A DNA stretch of 64,000 bases, counting the filler, from Octopus bimaculoides (Eukaryota), in the NCBI RefSeq assembly GCF_001194135.2. It is 6 parts of 5 records of this genome, joined end to end, with 100 filler letters (N's around TTAATTAATTAA, not from the genome) between each part and the next. Parts side by side here need not be neighbours in the genome. Positions count along the whole stretch, not along the records: positions 15,770 to 40,497 come from NC_068996.1; positions 40,598 to 50,628 come from NC_068997.1; positions 50,729 to 56,985 come from NC_068989.1; 3 more parts are not named here. The stretch is one strand, 5' to 3'. Both the position numbers and the translations under genes were made by a program. The notes below the pieces were generated by a model. It ran no database searches, was not told the DNA's origin, and saw only the letters and a list, made by a program, of their open reading frames with translations. Of the stretch, positions 39,791 through 52,400 are shown piece after piece (positions within the stretch are counted from its first letter, which is position 1; each line of letters begins with the position of its first letter).

Positions 39791-40597
39791 AAAAAATTCT
39801 AAAGTTTCAACGTTTTGCAATGACACGCCATTCTTATTGTTTTAGAATTCATTTCTCTCGTAGATTGTTTTCGTAATCACTCATTTATTTCTTCGCCGAA
39901 ATTGAAATTATTAGCCTACTGAAACGCTGAAACGCGGAAGAATTTCAAGGAACATGACGTGGAGGGTCTGGTCTTTTAAAGAAATCACAATATTGTTGCA
40001 GTACTTAAAGTATTAGAATACATTCCGTAATGATAGTATTAAACAAGGGCTGTAATTGTTTACTTTTACATCATGCTTTCGTGTGTCAGGCATTGGAACA
40101 AGGTGGCCTTCCTACATGGGCAGTGCATTGCTCCCTCCCTCTCACTTTCTTTATTTAAGGCCTTATAATCGTCCTGGACCTCTAGAATGAGCCAGCTGTA
40201 TCTTCCTCCCTCATACTCATTCGCCAAACACACATCCATTGCTTCTGCTTAGTCAGTCATTCCATATTTACCTCTCCGCTCCTCAGATATCTGCCCCAAA
40301 ATACTTTGGCCTGTATTTCGTATAGTTTCAAATCCTTGGAACTCCATTTCTACGAGCATCTTTTCCCACCCTTGAAGACGCCGACAGACATACAGTTACT
40401 CAAATCACTTTCTGACATCTCGGCATAGATAGCCCTTTTCAAATTTTAGTGCCGCTTCATCTCTTACAATAAACTAATAAACGAAAATATAATGATANNN
40501 NNNNNNNNNNNNNNNNNNNNNNNNNNNNNNNNNNNNNNNNNTTAATTAATTAANNNNNNNNNNNNNNNNNNNNNNNNNNNNNNNNNNNNNNNNNNNN

Positions 40598-40779
40598 CAG
40601 GAAGTAAAAGAAAGTTGTGGTGAAAGAGTACAGCAGGGTTCGCCACCATCCCCTGCCGGAGCCTCGTGGAGCTTTAGGTGTTTTCGCTCAATAAACACTC
40701 ACAACGCCCGGTCTGAGAATCGAAACCGCGACCCTATGCACGCGAGTCCGCTGCCCTAACCACTGGGCCATTGCGCCTC
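40598..40779 (-). mobile_element. tRNA-derived SINE family C (head and core)
   Basis: Reverse complement of GAGGCGCAATGGCCCAGTGGTTAGGGCAGCGGACTCGCG...; copies at 46045, 51789 and 60959. Confidence 0.9.
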
Positions 40780-41279
40780 GATAGCACGCCCTCGTACATA
40801 TGTATATATGTATGCATATATATATATATGCGTGTGTGTGTGTGCGTGTGTGTGTGTGCGTGTGTGTGTGTGTGTATAACAGTACCCTATTATTTCGTTA
40901 CTACGACTTGTTAAAAACATAGACATCCCAACGACAATTCATTCTCAGTTTAGAATTTCAGGCTTGGAGCGTTAAGCAAAATAATCCAACTAAATAGCTT
41001 TACGCTTAGCGCATGGCTTATTCTTCCGAATAGACAACTGTGCACCCCGGTGTTGATTTTCTGTTGCACACATTCCTCGATTGGTAAAGAGATCAACGTC
41101 ACAACAATATTTATTTCATCACCACTTTTTTTAAAGAAGTTTAGAGGCCAATCGACGCCTGACGCGATTTTATTCCAATTAGACTGTTCGTGTCAGTGTC
41201 TTGGGAAGTGACGAATCTTGTGTGAGCATGTGCGTGTGTATACATTTATATATGTGCGTGTGTATGTGTGTATATATAC

Positions 41280-41725
41280 TCTCTTTTACTCTTTTATTTG
41301 TTTCAGTCATTTGACTGAGGCCATGCTGGAGCACCGCCTTTAGTCGAGCAAATCGACACCTGGACTTATTCGTTGGAAGCCGAGTACTTATTCTATCGGT
41401 CTCTTTTGCCGAACCGCTAAGTGACGGGGACATAAACACACTAGCATCGGTTGTCAAGCAATGCTACGGGGACAAACACAGACACACAAACACACACACA
41501 TATACATATATATATATATATANNNNNNNNNNNNNNNNNNNNNNNNNNNNNNNNNNNNNNNNNNNNNNNNNNNNNNNNNNNNNNNNNNNNNNNNNNNNNN
41601 NNNNNNNNNNNNNNNNNNNNNNNNNNNNNNNNNNNNNNNNNNNNNNNNNNNNNNNNNNNNNNNNNNNNNACATATATACGACAGGCTTCTTTCAGTTTCC
41701 GTCTACCAAATCCACTCACAAGGCT
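41280..41725 (-). mobile_element. SINE family A spanning a gap
   Basis: Colinear with the reference copy. Confidence 0.9.
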
Positions 41726-41804
41726 TTATATAAATATATATCTCTTTGTCTGTCCTTGTTTCTCCCCTCTATGTTTAGCCCCTTGTGGGCAATAAAGAAA
41801 TAAG

Positions 41805-42200
41805 AATCGTTAGCACGCCGGGCAAAAGCGCCTGGTGACATGGAAGACTTTGCATTCCATCCTTCGAAGTCGATAAAATAAGTAGCAGCTGAACACTGAG
41901 ATCAATGCAATCGACTTACACCCGCCCCAAGAAATTGCTGGCCTTGTGCCAAAATTTGAAATCATATAATTACACGCTATCGTAAGGTGGTGAGCTGGCA
42001 GAATCGTTAGCACGCAATGTTTAGCGATATTTCGACCGTCGCTACGTTCTGAGTTCAAATTCCGCCGAGGTCGACTTTGCCTTTCATCCTTTCCGGGTCG
42101 ATAAAATAAGTAGCAGTTGAACACTGGGGTCGATGTAATCGACTCATCCCCACCTCACCCAAGCTGCCCTTGTGGCAAAAAAAAAATTTGAAATAATTAT
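41805..42200 (+). mobile_element. Two tandem SINE family B copies
   Basis: 41805-41962 and 41985-42200 each carry the core and the CCTTGTG.CAAAA..TTTGAAA end. Confidence 0.85.
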
Positions 42201-42489
42201 TACACATTATCACATGTTTTCTAGCATCGCTTCCTCCCACTTCACACTTCCCGTTCTACACTTGCCATTTCCTTTCAGCACACACACTCCTGTTATATAC
42301 TCTTAATGCCCTCTCTTCCTCTCAGATTTTACTTCCTTCTCATTCCACGTTTTAACACTTTCCTCAACATTTCGCAACGTCATGATACACTGCCTTACGA
42401 CTCAATGAGGGAAACACTACCCTGTCTCCAGGCTGTGACAAATACACTGGCTCGGGAACGAAATACGCATAGCGGGTGCAAACCAGGTC

Positions 42490-42670
42490 CATTTTCATTT
42501 TCATTTTATCTAGTTTCAGCTTATGAGCTGTGGCCATACTGTGGCACCGCCATTAAAGTGTGGGATGCTTACAGCACCTAGGTTTCTCAAGCGGTCACCC
42601 ATCTAAGTACTCACTAGGCTCGACGCTGCTTAACTTCGGTGATCGGACGAGAACCGGTGCTCTCAGCGTG
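42490..42670 (-). mobile_element. Putative 5S-derived SINE (SINE3-like)
   Basis: 5S head followed by GGCGGTGCCACAGTATGGCCACAG..TGAAACTAGAT(AAAATG)n, homologous to the family A tail. Confidence 0.65.
42567..42670 (-). rRNA. 5S rRNA-derived sequence (nt ~15-118); pseudogene or SINE head
   Basis: CACGCTGAGAGCACCGGTTCTCGTCCGATCACCGAAGTTAAGCAGCGTCGAGCCTAGTGAGTACTTAGATGGGTGACCGCTTGAGAAACCTAGGTGCTGTAAGC; lacks the 5' end and the oligo-T terminator. Confidence 0.9.
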
Positions 42671-42859
42671 CCGAATATCTTTTACAAACAAGGTTTCTTT
42701 TTATTTCATTTTCTTCTTTGTTCTTTGTGTTTTTGAGAAGGATCCTAACTTCAACCTACTTTTTATAGATCACATTTTACGCACTGTTTTCTAAATCTCA
42801 GAGAAGTAACTTGGGAAGCAAATTTTGATTTCGCATCCCCCATCAAAAAGATTTAGGAG

Positions 42860-42978
42860 GTTTTGGTCGGCCCAAGGCAATAGTAGAAAACACTTGCCCA
42901 AGGTGCCACACAGTGGGACTGAACACGGAACCATGTGGTTGGGAAGCAAGCTTCTTACTACATAGCCACGCCTCCGCG
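42860..42978 (-). mobile_element. SINE family A, 5' fragment
   Basis: Similarity to the reference copy. Confidence 0.85.
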
Positions 42979-43268
42979 CGCGCGCGCGCATGTGTATATG
43001 TGTGTGTTAGATGTGTGCAGACATGCATGTATCTATGTATAGAAATATACTTAAGAACAAAGATAACTGGATGTGGATAAAGATGGTTCTTTCTGTCTTA
43101 ATCTTTCTCTATATCTCTATTTCTCAGTCCTTATATCTTTTTTATTAGGTCTCCGCCTCTTTCAGTTTCTCACTCAAAAATCTACCCATCCTGGTTCCCG
43201 TCTCCAGCAGTTTCTATTCAGCCCCTAACGCTTTTCCTCTCTCCCTCTTTCTCCCCCTCTGTCTTTCT

Positions 43269-43319
<51 letters not shown>

Positions 43320-43390
43320 CCTGTCTGTCAATGTACCTATCTAGCTGTCTGTCTATCTATTTACCGCACTCTCTCCACCTCACTTTCTCA

Positions 43391-43426
<36 letters not shown>

Positions 43427-43507
43427 TTATCTGTCTATCTATCCATTTATCTATCTGTCAATATCCCTATCTAGCTGTCTGTATATCTATTTACTGCTCT
43501 CTCTCTA

Positions 43508-43583
<76 letters not shown>

Positions 43584-43761
43584 ATCTCTCTCACTCTCGC
43601 TCTCCCTTCTCCTCATTTCTATCTTACCTCCTCTCTGTTTATTGCAGAAATGAAGCAGACAAGCAATAAAGACCAAAATAAAATATTAAAAAAAAGGCCC
43701 CCAAATCCATTAAAACATAACAAAAAGTGAGAGAGAAAAAAAAAATGAAACATACACAGAC

Positions 43762-43795
<34 letters not shown>

Positions 43796-43969
43796 CGCAT
43801 ATACACAAATTAAATTCACACACATACACACATTAAATTCACACACATACACACACATACCAAGGCTAGGCAACACGGAAAAGCTATTTTGAAAGGTTCA
43901 AGCTATTTCCCAGCTGTGGGATATAAGCTACCGTCACCGTTGTTTGTTTCTGTCAGGGGCACTTTTCTA

Positions 43970-44431
43970 CCGACGATTAACCCCTAAACTTCATATGAAA
44001 TTCAGTAATTTGATAGGTGTCCTCCTTTAGTTTGGGTTCCCTTCCGTTACTGACCCACTTCGACGAAAGCTGAACGTCAGACTCAAGTGTTGCTTTTGTG
44101 AGTATGTGTACATTTACATACACACACACACACAAAGGCACACACTCACGCACACACACACACACGCACACGCACACATACACATACACACATACACACA
44201 CACGCATACACACACACATACACAGACACACACACACATACACAGACACACACACACATACACACAGATACACACACAGACACACACACACACATACAGA
44301 CACACACATACAGACACACACATACACACGCACACACAGACAGACAAACGGGCACACACACACACACACACACATACACACACATACACACACGCACACA
44401 TACACAGATGCACACACATAAATATAAGTGC

Positions 44432-44483
<52 letters not shown>

Positions 44484-44510
44484 ATGTGTGCATATGTGTG
44501 TGTGTGTGTA
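43970..44510. repeat. CA-rich degenerate microsatellite block with a short unique lead-in
   Basis: Seen directly from 44110 onward. Confidence 0.7.
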
Positions 44511-45331
44511 CCGAGAGTGAGTGAGAGAGAGGGAGACAAGGAACCAGGGAGCGAGAGTGAGAGTGAGAAAGAGTGAGAATGAGAGAGAGAGGGGGAAAGA
44601 AAGAGCGAGTGAAATACAGTGACTATAAACCTAAACGCAGCACCCTCTCCCTTTTATATGTTTCACAAACCTCTATCTGTCTACGAATGTATTATTTTTT
44701 TTTACTCTGATTTATACACCATTTTGTATCTTGCTGTGCTTGTGTGTTTGTACATGTGTGTGTAGCTACATGCATGTGTTTGTGTGTGTTTTAGTGCGTA
44801 TACGCTTAGATCTTTATACACTGTTCAAATATCATACCAACTGTCCAACTGTCTACAAAAAAGATCCATGTAAAAGCCACCAAGTGTTATTTTCGTACTC
44901 TGTTCAGTTAATCAAGCACAGCATCACTAGAGAACCTGTTTGATGGATTTTAGTGGATTTATATATAAACTCCATCATGAGACAGAAACAGGTGTCCGCA
45001 TCTACCCTCTTATTTTAGGAACAAGAAATGCAGACCACCTTGAAAATCCCAAGTTCTTGCGATTATCTCCCCTTCTCATTCTGTGTCGGCAGCTATTGTC
45101 TGTAGGTGTTTGTTTGCTTTCTCGCAGAGTGAAGGTAATTTGAGTATAATACGAATGTATCTAGCATGATATTTAATATACGCTTACTCGTCTTTGTTGT
45201 CAAAATTCATTCTGTTGGTCTCCTTGGGCGTATTTCTCTTAGCATTTTTTTGTTATATATATAAATGTATATCGTTATACACACACACACACATGCGTAT
45301 ATCAATATACATATACATATCTATTGATATG

Positions 45332-45389
<58 letters not shown>

Positions 45390-45425
45390 AGTCTGTCTGT
45401 CTGTCTGTCTGTCTGTGCCTCTCTG

Positions 45426-45478
<53 letters not shown>

Positions 45479-45962
45479 CTTTATATATCTGCTTTAACGG
45501 ATCATTATTTAAATAATATCAATTTTACGTACAACACAGAAGAAATGAGTTAACGCCTTCATACACCTACATACATACACACACACACACACACACGCAC
45601 ACACATACACACACACATGTATGTATAGGTACGAGTGGATGCGCACGACGCGCGACAATTCAACCACCTAGGTTTCGGTTCGAATCTTATAGCGGTTATC
45701 TGGAAATTGATAGCGGGATGCCGCCTTAGGGAGCGATTGCATTAATCAAAGAATCACCCGTAGAGTATATATAATAAAACATCGACATCAGTTTAATACA
45801 TTGTTCACTTTTTTCTTTCTTTCATCAGTTGACCTTTAAATCGCTCGCTAACATGTCAGTAAATTTTTATTCAGTCTCATGCACTATAAAAACGTTCTCT
45901 CACAGCGCATGTTGTAATCAATTCGTCAGAATCGCAAAAAAAAGATAAATAAATAAAAGCAA

Positions 45963-46044
<82 letters not shown>

Positions 46045-46046
<2 letters not shown>

Positions 46047-46388
46047 GTGAAACTACGTCGGTTACAACGACGAAGGTTCCAGTTGATCCGATCAACGGAA
46101 CAGCATGCTTGTGAAGTTAACGTGCAAGTGGCTGAGCACTCCACAGACACGTGTACCCTTAACGTAGTTCTCGGGGATATTCAGTGTGACACAGAGTGTG
46201 ACAAGGCTGACCCTTTGAATTACATGCACAACAGAAACAGAAAGTAAGAGTGAGACAAAGTTGTGGTGAAAGAGTGCAGCAGGGTTCGCCTGCCACCCCC
46301 CACTTACAACGCCCGGTCTGGGAATCGAAACCGCGATCCTATGACCGCGAGTCCGCTACCCTAAACACTAGGCCATTGCGCCTCTACA
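46045..46388 (-). mobile_element. SINE family C, tail variant 1 (..GGAACC.TCGTCGT.GTAACCGACG)
   Basis: Head shared with 40598; tail shared with 61060-61200. Confidence 0.9.
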
Positions 46389-46659
46389 GTATCAAGGTAT
46401 GATATAATATATATGTTAAATATGGTATAATTATAAACAAGGCAAATTTTTAGCCATTTCTCCGGAGACTGAAAAAATGACGAACAACCGTAATCGATTT
46501 TCGAGCCTTATTGTGTTTTCATCAGAGGCGTCTACAACATTCTGACAGTCTCCTGAGAAACAAACAGCCAAATTGTTTACATATTCAAGAAATGCAGCAG
46601 TATATATGTGTTTGTGTGTGTGTGTGTGTATCTCTCTATATGTAACTAGATAATGACTA

Positions 46660-46890
46660 CATGGTTGGCTACATATTTTGGCAAAATAGTGAGAGACATC
46701 ATCTGCATGTAACTGATGCTCAAAAATAGATGCAACATGTCAAAATCAAAATCTATTGGTGCCTTAGCTGTAGCTTTGGCAAAGAAAACAACTCCGTAAA
46801 TCTTAAATTTCATCATAGTCATCCTTAAAATGACCCAAGGCGAAGTCTTTCCTAAAACTGGACAAAGTCCCTTGAACGGCGACCTACTCA
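46660..46890 (-). pseudogene. Weak LINE RT remnant (CR1/L2-like)
   Basis: VAVQGTLSSFRK ... QLHADDV; otherwise decayed. Confidence 0.3.
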
Positions 46891-47388
46891 ATGCAGCGGT
46901 TTACTTCCTTTTACGTATCTAAAGTTGCTTCATTCTTGAAAACTAATTTGTCCATGAAAGATTTACTGTAGTGGCTATTTATAAAATCAGTACACAATAC
47001 ATTTCCTGCTGAAAGGTTTTCTTCGTGTGAGTTGTTATCAAACATGCAAACATAGTCCCGATAGCCACACACTTCCCTGTCTCCATTGTGGAAGTTTCAA
47101 AAGGAACCTACATATAAATTACACCGTTTGCGTGAAAATGTGCAAGAAACTAATAGACACCCTATGTGTAGGTTTCACCCTCTCTCTCTTTCTCTCTCTC
47201 CCTCTCTCCCCCTCTCTCTCTATATGTATATATATAGGCATCCTCTGTGTGAGTGTATATATACATATATAGATAGATACATAATTACATGCATGCATAC
47301 ATACGCGAACGTGCAAATCTATCTACACACAGACATACACGCCTGCACGCACATATATACATATATTCGTGTGCCTGGGTATCTATCA

Positions 47389-47446
<58 letters not shown>

Positions 47447-47455
47447 ATATCTATC

Positions 47456-47503
<48 letters not shown>

Positions 47504-47664
47504 CACACACAGACATTACGTACTTATATGCATAAATGCTTATATGCATGTATGTTTGTGTGTGTGCATATATATAGGCGTGTATATACATATATATATG
47601 TGTATATGTATATACGTGTATATATATGTGTATGTGTGTGTATGTATATGNNNNNNNNNNNNNN

Positions 47665-47743
<79 letters not shown>

Positions 47744-48573
47744 TTATACTGCTCCATTTATCCACTGAATTTACACGGTGCACACCGTTGCGTTTGCATT
47801 ATGCAGTTCTGGAAAATGCTCCTTACCTAATTTATGAGCAGATGTGGAGGTTCCATTCTTAAAAGATTGCGCAATCCGATGGTGTAATCCCTAACACAAT
47901 ACACATTCTCCTCCCTCATTACACTCTTGGGAAATCACGAGCCATGTACTCTTAATTAAGTCATTTGACCTCATCCTGATTGGTTCGATTATCTTAGTTG
48001 GAGCTCTGCCGGATTGACCGTGGGCGATTTTATTACCCATGGTTCTATGGCAATTTCTAGAACGCTTTGACAAACAATCATTAGCATTGAAATTTTCCAT
48101 GCAATATAGCTTAGCTCTCTTCTTACTTCGCATGACAATTTTGTATTTCTACAACGTGCACCATTATCATATGATAGTTGATACATAATCTATTTCATTA
48201 TTTCCTTGTTAAAATTTCTATCCTTAGCATCTCTCATTTTCTTTGTTCAACCAACAAATCATCGTGTTGAATTTGGAACAACATGATGCTTTTTTTTTTA
48301 ATGTGTGTGTTATTCTCTTATCTTTGCCTATATATGAAACTTGTTTCTAAAAACGTATTCTTCAAAAATTCTTACCACGGTATGTCCATTCTGTAAAATA
48401 CTCGAATGAAAAAAAGCTTATTCTTTGAAGCATCAAGAAAAATTGGTGGGTGATATAAAAACAATACTCAAAGACTGAGAAAAGTCAATAGTCATGGCAA
48501 ATTTCTTTAGAAATATTTTGTACGTTTTTTCCAAACACACACACACACACAATCATACACAAAAAATGTGTGT

Positions 48574-48645
<72 letters not shown>

Positions 48646-48656
48646 GTATATATATA

Positions 48657-49720
48657 CAGTGGTACTTTGACTTACGAGTGTCCCAACTAACGTCTCTCCG
48701 CCGATTTTTGCTTTGAGTTGCGAGCTAAACTTCGGGTTACGAGCAAAGTTCAGATATCCTACCGCGAGTAGGCGTAGCGAACGCCACAGTGAACGCCGTA
48801 ACATCCGCCCACCATCCCGTGTCTCACTCGATAGCTAGGCTCATGTGGAGGGCAAATCCAAGGGCATAGGTCATCAGATGGTTCTCTGTGGAGTGTGGGA
48901 ATTTGGTCATTGGTTCTGACATTAAGAAATATCTCCAGGAAAATAAACTACCCCTGCAAGCCCTTCTCATCCGGGACAATGCACCTGCTCACCCACCTAA
49001 CCTCGAAGGTGACATTTCCAAAGGATTCAAGCTTATAAAGGTTCTCTACCTTCCACCCAACACTACCCCTATCCTGCAGCCCATTGAACAGCAGGAGATT
49101 TCTAATTTCAAGAAGCTTTTCACCAAGCACCTGTTCCGCTGCTGCTCTGAGGTGACGGAGAGCACAAACCTCACCTTTCGAGAGTTCTGGAAGGACTACT
49201 ATAATATCGTGATATACCTCAGAATTATCTATAAATGCCTGGCAAGGTGTTACAAAGAAGACCGTGACCTCTGCGTGGAAAAAGCCCTGGCCTGAGTTTG
49301 TGTCTGAAACGGACTTTGAAAGACTCAAACCCGAAACGGCAGCGGTGGAGGAGGTTCTATCCCTCGGCAAGTCCATGGGCCTGGACGTGGATGAAGGTGA
49401 CATCAACGAGCTCATCGAGAAGCACTCCGAGGAACTGACAACGGAAGAGCTTAAGGAGCTACAGACGCAGCAGCACACGGAGTTTTTTTGCAGGAAATAG
49501 ATGACGCAGAGGAGACGAAGGAAGTTATCTCTAGAAGTGCGATAAAGAAAATGTTGGGAATGTGAGAGAAACTTTCAGACTTTATTTATTTCAAATGAAA
49601 CACACAGAAAAAGTTGCAACTGGGCAAACGATGGCGCTATTTAATGACACTTGCCTTATTTACTTTAGAAGTACTCTGAAAGTGAGGATTAAACAGACCA
49701 TATTGGACAGCTTCTTACCA
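48657..49720 (+). mobile_element. pogo/Tigger-family DNA transposon remnant, internally deleted, right TIR missing
   Basis: TA+CAGTGGTACTTTGACTTACGAG left end. DDE_1-type motifs LLIRDNAPAHP and VLYLPPNTTPILQPIEQQEISNFKK; C-terminal IKQTILDSF. Confidence 0.9.
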
Positions 49721-49904
49721 CACAGCAAAGCCTATCTTAATATATTTGTTTTGAAAATTACTCCGACAACTTACACATAAACATAAACACACACATACGT
49801 AGGCACGTGCACGCCCGCAAAATCACACCCACACCCACACACAATCATGCATGCACAAACAAAATATATATATGAATGATATGCCGAAAATATTTTTTTT
49901 ATCG

Positions 49905-50358
49905 GGTACATATCGGCTGGGGTGGTGAGGCAAGACCTTCGTACATTGGGCCTCACCGAGGCGATGACTACTGACCGAGACCTTTGGAAATGTGCTGTGC
50001 GTGAGAAGACCCGGCAAGCCAAGTAAGATCGTTGCCAGTGCCCCTGGACTGGTTCTTGTGCGGGTGGCACATGAGATGCACCATTTTGAGCGTGGCCGTT
50101 GCCAGTACCGCCNNNNNNNNNNGGCACATAAAAGACACCATTTCGAGCGTGGCCGTTTTCGTGCGGGTGACACGTAAAAGCACCCACTACACTCTCTGAG
50201 TGGTTGGCGTTAGGAAGGGCATCCAGCTGTAAAAACTCTGCCAAATCAGACTGGAGCCTGGTGTTGCCATCCGGCTGCACCAGTCCTCAGTCAAATCGTC
50301 CAACCCATGCTAGCATGGAAAGCGGACGTTAAACGATGATGATGATGATGATGATGAT
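49905..50358 (+). mobile_element. 3' end of an RTE-type LINE (ORF end, 3' UTR, (GAT)n tail)
   Basis: VVRQDLRTLGLTEAMTTDRDLWKCAVREKTRQAK*, then tandem ~50-bp UTR repeats and GGACGTTAAAC(GAT)n. Confidence 0.8.
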
Positions 50359-50749
50359 ATCGGTATACCTATTTTGCTTGTAAATTAGTTAGAATCCATA
50401 AGAGAATGAGGGTAGGTAAAGTGGAAGAAAAAGAGAGAGATAAAGAAAGGGATAAAAGTTAGAAACATGTGGTACCAGGCGTACGGGGTCGTGGAGGGGA
50501 AAGAAAAATGAGGTGAAATAGATTGGTATGATGACAAAGGTTGAGATATAAAGGAAAGAAGGAAGGATAAACAAAGACAAATTTAAGGAAATAGAATATA
50601 TATATATATATACATACATATATATATANNNNNNNNNNNNNNNNNNNNNNNNNNNNNNNNNNNNNNNNNNNNTTAATTAATTAANNNNNNNNNNNNNNNN
50701 NNNNNNNNNNNNNNNNNNNNNNNNNNNNACTAGGGAAGTTGACACCGTC

Positions 50750-50978
50750 AGTGCTCTGTTTACACAGTTGAAGGTCAATACCTGCAACAAAGACATGATC
50801 AAGGAAGAGATTCGAGAGGGATACTGTTTTGAAGAGGAAGCGCTCGGAATAGGGGTCAATGGATGGCCAAGTTGGTGGATGGATTCAACGGGGGATAACG
50901 AGAGGTGGAGAGACGAGCAGGATTCCTGAATGGAGGAGGTATGAAATCTGCCAGCTCAGGGGAACAGAAGCCATTATA

Positions 50979-51016
<38 letters not shown>

Positions 51017-51330
51017 CCTGTGTGTCAGAGGCTTGAGTATACCTGTAAGTGATTTGGTTCCAATTAATCAAGTGGCCCTACTCTGGATGCAGTGCAGGAT
51101 GTGTAGTGACAGCACCGTACTAAATGTTGGAGCAGTACTTAATTGTAGGCTTTACTTCAGCTTTGTAGAGTGCCAGTAGTTGTTGGGTTGGGAGTGTTCC
51201 TTGGCTTTGAAGAGATGGCCTAGTGTTCGGGATGGGGTCCTATCAATATTATAGATGTGCTTTTCGCTGATAGTAAAGCCCAATATTGTAATGATTGTAG
51301 TTGAGTACCGCTCATCTTTAGGGGCAGTGC
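50750..51330 (-). pseudogene. CR1/Jockey-group LINE RT C-terminal remnant
   Basis: LYKAEVKPTIKYCSNI..GA and RYYNGFCSPELADFIPPP; interrupted by (GA)n. Confidence 0.75.
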
Positions 51331-51788
51331 AATGATGTCTTAATCATTTGAGCTGTGCTCGAGTATTTTGTTTTGCTATTAAGAGAGACACTACAGACGT
51401 AGACTCACTGAAGGATACTTACAACTGTTCACGTGTTGAGAATTGAAAGAGAGAGAATTGCATCAAATATTTTTCCATTTAAATATTTTAAAACTAGATT
51501 TCATTAAAACAAGTTTAAACTGTTCATGTATGACGAATGCTGTGTAACAATTATTTCCCAATATTTACAAACACTACAGATGTTTACGCTAATACATATA
51601 GATGATTTATTGTTTTGTTTACATAAGTAGCAGCATATAATTGCAATTGAATCAATTATAACTATAATTGCGGTGACGGACAGCTCTCATTCTTGTTCTA
51701 GTGTCAATAATTTGAAAGCTAGATTAAAGTAATTCTCAAAATTTTCTACTCTACTCTGAACAATATCAATATCTTTCAGTATTCAATT

Positions 51789-52075
51789 GTGGAGGCGCAA
51801 TGGCCCAGTGGTTAGGGCAGCAGCAGACATACGGTCGGAGGATCGCGGTTTCGATTCCCAGAGCGGGCGTTGTGTGTGTGTTTATTGAGCGAAAACACCT
51901 AAAGCTCTACAAGGGTCCGGCAGGGGTTAGTGGCAGCCCCTGTTGTACTCTTTCGCCCCAACTTTTTCTCACCGTTTCTTGAGTAAAGCTGCGATGGACT
52001 GGTGTCGCGTCCAGCTGGAGGTGGAGAACACATACGCCATAGAAACCGGGCCCATGAGCCTGGCTAGGCTTTAAA
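51789..52075 (+). mobile_element. SINE family C, tail variant 2 (CTGCGATGGACTGG..CGTCCAG)
   Basis: Head and core match 40598; the 3' part differs from 46045. Confidence 0.85.
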
Positions 52076-52229
52076 AAAAGGAGCATATAAATAAATTCAT
52101 AAACCAATTATTAAAACTATTATCCATTTGTCAGGAAAAACGACAATTGATAAGGGTGGTACGAGACCCACATTACATTTTTTAAGAAGTTAAAAATAGG
52201 TGACCGAGTGTATATTTTACTTCAAATGC

Positions 52230-52400
52230 AGTACGTTCTGAGTTCAAATGCCACTGAGGTCAACTTTACCTTTCATCATTTCGGGATCGATAAAATCACT
52301 ACATACAGTCAAGTGCTGTGGTCGAAGTAATCATCTTGTTTTCTTCCTTCAATATTGCTGGTCTCTTGTCAAAATTAGAAAGAGTTATCGTCTGGCAGAA
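52230..52400 (+). mobile_element. SINE family B, diverged
   Basis: ACGTTCTGAGTTCAAATGCC..GAGGTCAACTTTACCTTTCATC core. Confidence 0.7.

Noticed and set aside
43958-44097. Plus-strand segment with AG and GTGAGT splice signals
   Set aside because: All three frames contain stops; it could be a non-coding exon but nothing else supports that.
45093-45134. Possible small exon ending at GAAG|GTAATT
   Set aside because: Several competing acceptors and no recognisable peptide; cannot be supported.
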